Shown here: in pieces, positions 23,131-32,594 of the stretch
How the letters are laid out: the number at the start of each line of letters is the position of its first letter
How positions within the stretch are numbered: the first letter of the stretch is position 1
Source: Chiloscyllium plagiosum
Lineage: Eukaryota
Assembly (NCBI RefSeq): GCF_004010195.1
Contig: NC_057753.1
Coordinates: 6,271,680-6,304,273, forward strand
DNA length: 32,594 nt
Direction: 5' to 3'
Program-made: the position numbers and the translations under genes
The notes under the pieces: model-generated
The model's database searches: none
The model's input: the letters and a program-made list of their open reading frames with translations, nothing else
What the model was told of the DNA's origin: nothing

Positions 23131-26100
23131 AGTTAAGCTATTTGTGAACAGCTGGTCATCTTAGTAGGATCAGGGCAAAAAAAATGCAATGTATTAGAAC
23201 TCAGATTCTGAAAAAAAGGAGATTTGTGGTTAGGGGTATGAGGCAGAACACAGTAGATAAACAGGAAAAATAAAGACGTGAGCACTTTTGCGATCCGTTT
23301 CAGTTTAACTATCAAACAAAAATGAAAACTTTGCATTGGCAGCATTGTCACCACAAACAGAAAATCGACAGGAAACATCAGGAAAGATAATCTGCTCATT
23401 TGTAACAAACAGAACATCAGTTAACGACTAAAATACAGAGAATGTTATTCTTGTATTTAACGCAGAAGGCAACACAAGTTGATATGATTGTTCACTCGCT
23501 CAATAACATGATTGATTGGAAAATAATTAATTGAAGTATATATTAAAAATGAAAGGCGAGAACTACAAAATGAATAATACATATAAAACATGTACTTCAG
23601 AAGCATGATCAAACTTGTTCAAATGTATGCAGACATTGTAATAGTTATTAGAAACTGAAGACTAGCTAAGTAAAATTGTTGCAAAATCCTGTGATTGTGT
23701 CAATTATTTGTAAAAGATTCTACATTCTTAGCAAGCCTTACTCGAACCACAGACGTCAGAGCAAATGTGGCAGAATGGGCAAGGACTTTTCTGCATATTA
23801 AAAGGAAGAATAACAGTAAAGTGTAGCAGCAATTTCAAAATGATTTATAGAATGATTGTTGGAACGTGTGAATTGTTTTTTTCTGCAAGGATTAGTGATA
23901 ACTCAATGTCTTTTAAAAAGGTTTTCAGTGAACACACCGGGGACAAGAAATTGTATTCATTTCCAAATTGTTGGCAGCTCCGATTTTGTAGTAAACTCCG
24001 TCAGATAAAGAATGCCACAAAATAACTGAAAACATTCGAATAAGTTAACGCTGGCTCAAAATTTAGAAGAATTGATGCCATTAGTGAAATTTTGCTAATT
24101 TAATTATTTGCTATGTTCATACTGATTATTGTGTTACAAATAATTAATTTTCAGCTTTCTATATACTTACATTTATTGAACACAATTCTCGTGATATGTT
24201 TTTTTTATTTCCCTGGGTCATACTTCACACTGCTGAGGACAGAGTGAGACAGGGGAACATCCATTAAAAAAAACGTGAAATATTGTTACAAGCTGCTATT
24301 TAATTAAAAATCCAGTCATAGAATTCTGCAATGAAGTACCCACAGCCACACATTCGCACTGCATTGTGACCATAATAGAAGTAAAAATACCTGACCAATA
24401 AATTCTCACTGTTGACTTGAGGTGATAATCAATGCGACAGCAAAACTATCCCTTCGCAAAAATTGATATGTAGCAGCTTTCTAAATGCATGAAATTGTTT
24501 TAGATTTTCTTGGAGATAATGTCACTCCTTCCGTAGTTATTGCCAAGAGAAAACAAGCAGATGCGTTTCAGAGACTTTTCGTTTTCACTCATCATAATAC
24601 TTCGTAAGAAATATCAAATCAAAAAGAAACAGCGTGTGCAATATATGAAAATAAAGGGCTGATGTGTTACAAGTCGACATTGATGGTAGAGACATTGTCA
24701 TTGAGAACTCAGCAGTCAGTAAAGACTGTGAAATAACGCATTGTTCAAATTTTAAACTGGACTGATTGGTAAAGATGTTGGTGTAATTAAATATATAAAG
24801 AATAACTGTCAAGAATTTTCTAGTTTTGGAAACGTTGCATTTTTGTATTCTGCCTTTCTGCATAAAGCATGTCCATGATTGTACACATAATTCACCAGCA
24901 GTGCATACTAGAGCGCATTCATTCAAGCACTTTCAAAGGTAAGCTGATTAGGAGTGTAAATCTTCACACATTCTAGATAATTTCAGTCCGTTGCTTCACC
25001 TGACCAAGTGAATGAAGATACTTTTCTTTAACATCTGCCCAACTTAGGGATATGAGCTTACATGGATAGTCATGAACTGGCCATGGTAGTCATATGTCAG
25101 ATAATTGATCAGCAGAAAATCTCTTTGGATTGATCACCAAAGTTGCTTCCATGGAATAGTTGTATATTTTAAAATAAAGGTTCACAAATTCTCAATAATT
25201 TTAGGATACTTAAAACTCCCAATGGAATTTTATGTAGCTTTCAAACGCAGTTGTGCCATGCAGTATACGATTGACCTTATCATCAAGCCTATAATTAAGG
25301 CTCGAGACATATGTGCACTCAGCAAATGTGATGCTGAGTTATGATGCATCGAAAACATCCTGTAGGATCAGACGATGTGTGTCATCATATATCAGTGAGA
25401 TTTCAGACAATTTTTCTTGACCCGCAAACGTGTTCAATCTGTCCAAAGTTTGACTAAAATTGTAAGGTATCTCAAAACATTTTAATAAGTAATGAAACTA
25501 GTTGTCTCACATTGCTGCTACGCAGTAAGAATACAATGGGCTTTGTGAATACCAGAATGCTACCATCAGGCCAAATTGATGCAGGTCTGACACAATGTAT
25601 CTGGCGTTACAGCTGTCGTTAAACCATCGCTCGTTCTTTCTCTCTAACGCGGGGATAGCTTTACAGTTGAAGTTATAGCGACTTTAGATCCTTTAATTGG
25701 ATACTGTGATTTGTTTTTCTGTTACAGTTAATCAATTCGACAGAAAACAGAAAAATATAAAGATATTTCAGTTTGCACATTCTTTGAAAAAAGAACTACC
25801 AAACAGAGCAATACTTTCCCCCTTTACAATTTAATTTACATTGTTAAAAGTCCGAGACAAACGCATGGACTAAAGAGAAAAAAGTCACGCAAAAATTACA
25901 ATTAGGTCAAATTAATTATTTGCATTTCACGAGATGTACTCAGTAAAATTTCACAGTGATAGACCTTCCAAGAAATATATTCTCACTGGAGTTTTCTGCT
26001 GCACTGACCATGCTCAGTAGAATTCTACAATGAAGGTTTCTCCTCTCAATATATCAGGATTACTTCAGTAGTCAGGGTAGCGATTGAGATAATTTCATGT

Positions 26101-26434
26101 AAAATTTCTCCACCAAGTATGAAATCATGCTGACATGGTCGATTAGTTCAGAATATCACCACGTTTATAATGGCCTGCGCTCTAGCTTATGCCATACCGT
26201 TAAACTCTACTTAGATTTCCACTTATCAGCAAATTCCAGAATGGCTCTCTGGTCAGTAACCTACAGCCAGTGAGAGCGTACTCGAAATTTGATGAACTCT
26301 TCCTGCTAACAGCTGATCTAAAATCACATAATTTTTGACAAATGAAATATTACACTTCAGAGAGCCTGTGTCTGCCAAGCAACCTATTGTGGTGCGGTAC
26401 ACACTTTTCAACAACATAAATAGTTAGCACTTAC

Positions 26435-26501
26435 CAGGAACACCAATGATGGCAAGGATTATATAGAATATTTTATCAATATTGAGAAATGTATCAATCA
26501 T
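26435..26501 (-). CDS. Exon 1 of a class A (rhodopsin-like) GPCR, GPR139/GPR142-like: MIDTFLNIDKIFYIILAIIGVP plus 1 nt
   Basis: Minus-strand ATG at 26501-26499 with an in-frame TAA five codons upstream. 67 nt encode a short N-terminus and the first half of TM1, followed by a consensus donor CCTG|GTAAGT. The phase-1 end matches exon 2 (G|TT = Val), giving IIGVPVNLVSMFILSRGKCGLS with the TM1 Asn. Not in the ORF track. Confidence 0.9.
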
Positions 26502-27173
26502 TATTAGTACTAATTAGCTATTACTTCACGCTGCCAACAATCTCACTCTGTTGTAAACTATACTTGTTAACAGCCTCTACTATATGCCCTGTGAAATCTC
26601 CACGGGATTGATGAGATAACAACATCATTCGATTCTGTTTTCCAAAAATATAATGAGCAAACAGATTACGACATTGGGTGTAGACAGTATTGCGATAAAA
26701 TATATTCACATCCGAGATTGAATTTTAAATTTTCAGTAAATAAACAATTCTACTCATATTGGTCAAGTATCAATAAAAGGAAAATCCAATACACATTCCA
26801 TCAACAATTATCTCCTCACTCAAGACCGTTCGTCCCATCAGTCATTTGAGTATTTCTTTCTCACTCAAGAATGACAACTCAGCAACGAGATCAAAATTAG
26901 AGAGTGTCGACCTCATTGCTGTTCTGCTACACATTGGAATGTGGCTGCCTTCTTTAAAATTAAATGTTCAGTTAAATGGTTGAAGAGATTTTTCTTTGCC
27001 ACTATCTATTGTACTATACAACAGATAAATAGTTTGATTAATTTCACAAGACAAGTAGTTACAATATCTCTAACTGCTGCAACTCAAATTTGTGATGATA
27101 CAAGAGAATGAAGTTTGCCAAAATCTAATCGATGCCATGGCTTATGTGCAGATGGTGCCTTCAACTGACATCT

Positions 27174-27474
27174 TAGAATCACTATAGTGTAGAAGCAGTT
27201 CATTCAGCCCATCGAGTCTACACCAACGATCTGAAGAGTATCTCATCCAGACCCACTTAATTCCTGAAAACTTGCATTACCTAATCTAACCTAACCTGTC
27301 CAATATAGGTCAAAATAACATTTTCGATCTACTTCACCAGAATATCTTTGAAGTGTGAGAGGAAATCAGTTCACCGGGAGAAAACCATGGTCGACATAAG
27401 GAGAATGTGCAAACTCCAAACAGGCAGTTTCCCAAAGCTGGAATTGAGACTATAGTGCCAACCAGTGTGCCACT
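27174..27474 (-). mobile_element. Degenerate HE1-like SINE
   Basis: Collinear with 15366-15670 (GGAGAATGTGCAAACTCC; ACCAGTGTGCCAC). Confidence 0.7.
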
Positions 27475-28339
27475 TTCATCAAAGATCTTCATAAAAATCG
27501 CGACAACAAGTCAACAATGACATTTTTTCAACTTGCCACCTGTGTAACGTACATATTGAATGCATTCAACAATACAGTCCCTTAAGCAGCGTGGATTGTT
27601 TATTTCGTTAAAATCTCCAAAAAAAACTGCAATGCGTTTTACTCAGTATATACAATAGTCTCAGATGCAATACTGTCGATATAATCGTTAAAATAACATA
27701 CCGCCATCACAAATCTTGAGGTTTCATTCCCACTCTTGGAATACTTCTGTTGATGCGTAACCAATTTTCTGGGAAACTTGCCACTAAGTTTTTCTATCTT
27801 CTTGTTTTCTTTTTAGAAGAGTGCAGTACAGACACCCACATCACACATATTGAAAGCCACTTTGAGCAGACTGGCGTAACGAATGGTGGCTAACACTGGG
27901 CTAATGAATAACATAGTTACCAGGTTGTCAAATGACAGACCATTGTCCACTGATATTTTCTGTAATTCTTAAATAAGTCAGTTAGTGGATAAACCACAGA
28001 GATAATGTTAAGTAGAAATTTCGGTAAGATGACCCAATTCCAAGAAGTGGACTGCTGCTGTCTGCTTCATAGTCTTTGCTTTCACATCCTTTGTGACTAT
28101 CTGTTCAGGTCCAGTGATTTGGCTCCTGAATGTGGTTTGGGCTTTTATTAGTTTACTCGACGCAAGTTGGCCACAAAGCCTCCGTCCCGATGTCAATCAA
28201 AAATTGCAAAGATGTAGCAAGCATTCCTTCCATGTCTGACTGAAATTCACCACGTCATTGATATACACCACATCATTATGCCTGTATCTTCAGAGTAAGC
28301 CCAATCAGAAATATAACTTACTTGTCCCAACTTGTCAAT

Positions 28340-29578
28340 ACAGTCTTTCATATGTGTAATAATGCATCAAAATCTCGTCAGAGTTCTTCGATGAAGTGAC
28401 CAGGAAGCTTGATGAAGGAAGGGCAGTAAATGTAGACTATATGAATTTCAGTAAGGCCTTTGGTAGGGTTCCACATGTTATGCTGCTCCGGAAGCTAAGA
28501 TTGCATGGCATCCGAGGGTGTTGACAAATTGTATACACAATTGGTTTATTGGTAGGAAGCAGTGCGTAATACTGAAGAATGTTTGTCAGACTGGAGGCTT
28601 TCAACTAGTGGGGTGCAACTCGGGTCGGTGCTGGGCACATTGCTGCTTGTTATCGACTTCAATAATTTCGATGAGAATATCGGAAGCATGATCAGGAAGG
28701 ATGCATCTGGCACAAAAATAGATGGCATCGTGAACAGTGTGTAATTTAAGCAGGGCCTTGATCAACTGGCGAAGTGGACCAAGAAATGACAAATGGAGTT
28801 TAGTATCGATAAATAGGAGGTCTTGCATTTCGGAAAGTCAAATTAAGGTAGGAAATTCGTGGTGAATGGGAGGGACATACGGAATGTAGGGGAGCTGATG
28901 GGCCCTGGACTTCAGATGCGTCGTCCTCTGAAAGTGGAGTCACAGGTAGACATGGCAGTGAAGGAGGCCTTGGCAAACTAGCCTTCATCAGTCATGTCAT
29001 CGAGTGCAGAAATTGCAAAGTTATTTTTTCAGTTCTACAGGATGGTGGTGAGGCCAAACTTGTAGTACTTGCTATAGGAGGAAATATTCTTAAACGGGAA
29101 CGAGTGCAGAGACATTTAAAAGGATGCAGCCATGTCTCAATGTCTGACTTATAGGAAGAGGTTGTATGGAGGTATGACTTCATCTTTACAGCATAGGAGA
29201 GAGAGGAGGATAACTTATAGACGTCTATATCACCATCAGAGGTATGGCTAGGTTGAATGCACACAGTCTTTTTCTTCTCCTGGATTGGAGAATCAATGAC
29301 TAGACGTCATCAGTTTAAGGTTAGAGGGAAAATAAAACAAAAGACATTTTTATACAGACGGTAGTGCGCATATGGAATTAGCTGCCAGACAAAATGTTTG
29401 AGGTGGAAACATTAACGACATTTAAACGACATTTGGACAAATACATGGTTAGGAATGGTTCAGAAGAATATTGGGCAAGCGCAAGAAAAATGAGTAAGCA
29501 TTGGAGGACATTTTGTTTGGCATGGACCTGTTTGTGCCGATGGGTCTGTCTCCATACTTTAGGATACATCTGTTTCTC
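28340..29578 (+). mobile_element. Degenerate CR1 LINE (RT to 3' UTR)
   Basis: EFFDEVTRKLDEGRAVNVDYMNFSKAFGRVPH, TSGVQLGSVLGTLLLVI, TLTTFKRHLDKYM. Confidence 0.87.
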
Positions 29579-30139
29579 GGAATCTAAAATAGACTTTGCG
29601 ATAGACTGAATCTGCAAAAGTCCATATCTAATCATAGGATGTTATTTTTATCGCATTATTGTTAAGGGTGAGCTCCAGGTGTTGTAACGCAGTTCGATTG
29701 TTGGGGTTTTGAGTACTCATTCAATCTCTTTTCGAACCTGTGTCAATTGTCGAAGGTTGAATTCATAAGAACGTTGCTTAAGTGGAACTATATTTCGCAT
29801 ATCCACAACATGAATAATTAGATTTTTTACGCGCTTATACCTATATGTCTGTCCATCTGATTGCAACTACTGTTTCTGGTCGTTTCGCTTTCCCTTTGGA
29901 AGGTGAGTCAGTAATTTTGAGTTAGTAATTTCACAACTTTGAGAACTTCCTCATTGTCTCATTCAATTTGAGAACTGTCCAATTTAGAATTATCCAAATA
30001 AGGTTTGTCTCTTTTTGAAAAAGTATTATATTCACCTTTTACTTTCCTCCATTGGCAAAACAATTTATGAGCATATTCACATGACACATCTGTGCGTTTT
30101 CTGTCTATCTGACGTTCTTATTAAATAATTCAACTCCTC

Positions 30140-31244
30140 TCATCTCGTTCCGAGTTCGAACCCCCACTTCACTGATTAACACGCGTGGAGAAGCCCGGCC
30201 CATCTTGGAATCTGTTAACGATGCTAGAGATTGAAAGAAAACTCCTTCTTTCCACTGTTTAAAAAGAATAGTTAGCCAACGCTTTTCTATTAACCAATTG
30301 CTATCTCATCCTTACTCAGATAAAGCAATTTACAAACGTTAAATTAACGCAGACTCTCAAAGTCCAATGAGTCCCTTATTCTGTCTTCTTTTCCATTTTC
30401 CAAATCTGCTGCTTCCTTCAGTTCATCTGATTCTCCTGTTCCTGCCTGGATCTAGTATCTTTGTATGAAACTCCTAGGTATGTTAAATGGAGCGTGCTTT
30501 CTGAAAATTCTTTCTGAACTGTTCAGGGCTGTTGGTTCTCTTTCGGTCGCAGTTGTTCTTCTCTGATTTTCAAAAATACCTTTTATACATCCTGGATAAC
30601 AGCTGAATTCGTTTCGGAGGACGGTTTTCAGTCAGTTCCTGCATCATCAGATTTTACATACGAATGTCTTTGAAGGTCTGAGAGTTTGATTTAAATCAAT
30701 TGGACAGATTTGAACTGTTGTCAAAACAACAACCAAAACTCATGCATCCATTTATAGCCAATTGTTCCATGCATCCATTTTGGAAAAGCCTCTCGCACAT
30801 CTGCTCCCTATGCTGCCAAAGTTTGCTGCACCTTAAGCTCAGAAGAGCACTTCCTCCCCTAAAGGGAACGAGACATTATTTTCGACCCACTATTATTCTA
30901 ACCATATTCGCAATAAAGAGTGCCAGTAAACCTTGTTTTTAAAGATTGACGTATTTGTGGAATTAATACCAACACTTTATTTCCATTAGCACAACTGCGA
31001 ATTTTTACTTCTTCTCTGTTTTCTGTTTCATCGCATCCTGTCATTTTTTAAAATGTTGCCAAGCCAACTCACCTGCTTTATTTAATCTTTCCAAAAAGCA
31101 TGAATCAAAATCCAAAAACGTGAGTTACCAATTTCTCCTTCATTCATGTCAGTGACATTTTTCATCACACGCCCAACAACTAATTCAAGCGAAGTTAATT
31201 TGAGGGATGCATTTGGTGCATCTCTCCATACAAATAGTGCAAAT
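30140..31244 (-). mobile_element. Gmr1-like element 'C', 3' part: integrase C-terminus, PPT (30860-30850) and putative 3' LTR (30849 to about 30140)
   Basis: Minus strand FALFVWRDAPNASLKLTSLELVVG, LERLNKAGELAWQHF, IRSCANGNKVLVLIPQIRQSLKTRFTG, then AGGGGAGGAAG directly followed by TG. The far end of the LTR is approximate. Confidence 0.75.
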
Positions 31245-32594
31245 TGTGACGTTGCTCCCCTTTTAACAAGGTTATTCTATCCTTGTCTTTTTACAAGAAG
31301 TGTCGCAAAGGCAGAGATGCTCATATGCCTGAAAATGGCTACTCTAATCAATGGCGGGGAAGTGGTCAGTTGCCCCAGTTCAGGATTTGTTTGGGATTGG
31401 TTTGTTTCAGCAAGCATTCAGAAACTTTTACAAAGCTGATAGAATTGGGAGATAGGTTGGAGACGGAGTTGCCTTCAGCTGTGAGAAAAGGAAAGTTAAT
31501 GCTGGGCATTTGAATTTTCTGGATACACCATCAGGATTTTTGGAAATGTCAAAATCCAATTGAAAATGTAACAGCTTGAGTTCGACGCAAAAGGAAAGGC
31601 AAGAGTAAAATAAATTAAATAATTTGCATCACAACTAAAATTGGAGGAAAAAACAAAAAGAACGGACGGCCCTAGCAGAACAAAAAGAAAAGCATAGAAC
31701 CGTTTGAGCAGAACAAAAAGAAAATGAGGCAGAAGGAATAAAAAACAAGTGAGAAAGAGGAACGAAAGGGAGAAAGAAAGAGTTTGAATTCCCTAAATTG
31801 GCACTTGGAGAAGAAGGTCGGCTTAAAAGAATGGAGGTAAAGATAGAATTGAGGCTTTGTGAGGGAAAGCATCATAGCAAAACGCCCGATGGTGATCGGT
31901 TTCAAAACATCTAAAGATTGTCCAAGGTTGATGAGAACGGATAGAAAACGCTCTCATCTCATTTGAGAAGATAATGAAACAAATGAAGTGTCAAATGATC
32001 ATGTGTTTTTGTGGATTCAGACATGCCTGGTGGGTAGAGTTCGTGAGGTACTTCCATCACTATTAGAGGAGGTACAGACAATGGTTCAGCAATCTACGGA
32101 CTGAGAGCGGTCAATTTCTATTAAGATTGAATTGATCAAACAATTTAATTTGATAGGTGGATAAGCGCATTCAAAAGAGCAAAAGTATGATTTTCTCAGA
32201 GAGGCGATTATTTTGGAAGAATTAAACAATTCACTTCCGGAAGTAGTGAGAAATCATGTGGAAGAGCACAAAGTTAAAACGGCAAGATTAACGGCTGAAA
32301 TGATTGGCGATGATGATTTGGTCATGAATTAAAGGTTGGATTCCATCATCAATTTGCATCCATGATGGATAGAAATTGGGGAAAAGAGAAATCTTCACGT
32401 GATAGCAAAAAGTGCGTCTCAGTGAAGATAATGTGGATAACTGATCACAAAGTAAAAAGTAAACCCCGGAAGGAGAATAAGAATTTAAAATTTCTTGTAT
32501 TATTTCTGCAATAAAATAGGCCACATGAAATCGCAGTGTTGGTGGGTTTAAAAAAATCAATGGGAAGCAGGATGTCGGAAAAAGGAACAGCCAG
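31245..32594 (+). mobile_element. Gmr1-like element 'B', 5' part: truncated 5' LTR (31245 to about 31415) fused to decayed gag with SCAN-like capsid domain and zinc knuckle
   Basis: TGTGACGTTGCTCCCCTTTTAACAAGGTTATTCTATCCTTGT matches the LTR start at 5429 (32 of 42 nt by hand). KLIELGDRLETELPSAVRKG; KYDFLREAIILEELNNSLPEVVRNHVEEHKVKTARLTAEM (32183-32302); YYFCNKIGHMKSQC (32498-32539). Confidence 0.82.

Larger units (their letters stand above)
17398..26434 (-). other. GT-AG phase-1 intron of the GPCR gene (9037 bp, filled with transposon fragments)
   Basis: GTAAGT donor at 26434, a CTAAG branch-like motif and polypyrimidine tract before the AG at 17398; the spliced reading frame is continuous. 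Confidence 0.85.

Noticed and set aside
23500..24050. Possible very old CR1 fragment on the plus strand
   Set aside because: Only faint resemblance; no motif could be read with confidence.
16520..26501. Assigning the symbol GPR139 or GPR142
   Set aside because: Only family-level resemblance; orthology cannot be established without a phylogeny.
31672..31905. Phe-rich hydrophobic ORF as a membrane protein
   Set aside because: Antisense of the purine-rich coiled-coil region of gag.
1..32594. CRISPR arrays, operons or prokaryotic defence systems
   Set aside because: No regularly spaced repeats or gene-dense organisation; the content is vertebrate retroelements plus one spliced gene.

Overview
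Eukaryotic, repeat-rich vertebrate DNA, most likely from a cartilaginous fish (shark or ray). This is inferred from HE1-type tRNA SINEs, abundant CR1 LINEs, a Rex1/Babar-like LINE and Penelope-like ends carrying hammerhead motifs. One host gene is supported: a two-exon class A GPCR on the minus strand (exon 1 at 26501-26435, a 9037-bp phase-1 intron, exon 2 at 17397-16520; 314 aa) resembling the GPR139/GPR142-like group. The ORF track misses exon 1. Most other ORFs are fragments of decayed transposons. The LTR retrotransposons are Gmr1-like (integrase before RT; SCAN-like gag). The main structural observation is that one LTR element (B) inserted into the integrase of another (C) with an AAAT target duplication, yet the two junctions lie in reversed order (right junction at 6313/6314, left junction at 31244/31245) and bracket the GPCR. 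This implies the window is a circularly permuted slice of a tandem duplication unit of about 32 kb or more that carries the receptor gene. Family names come from motif recognition by eye, no database search was run, and the boundaries of old repeats are approximate.
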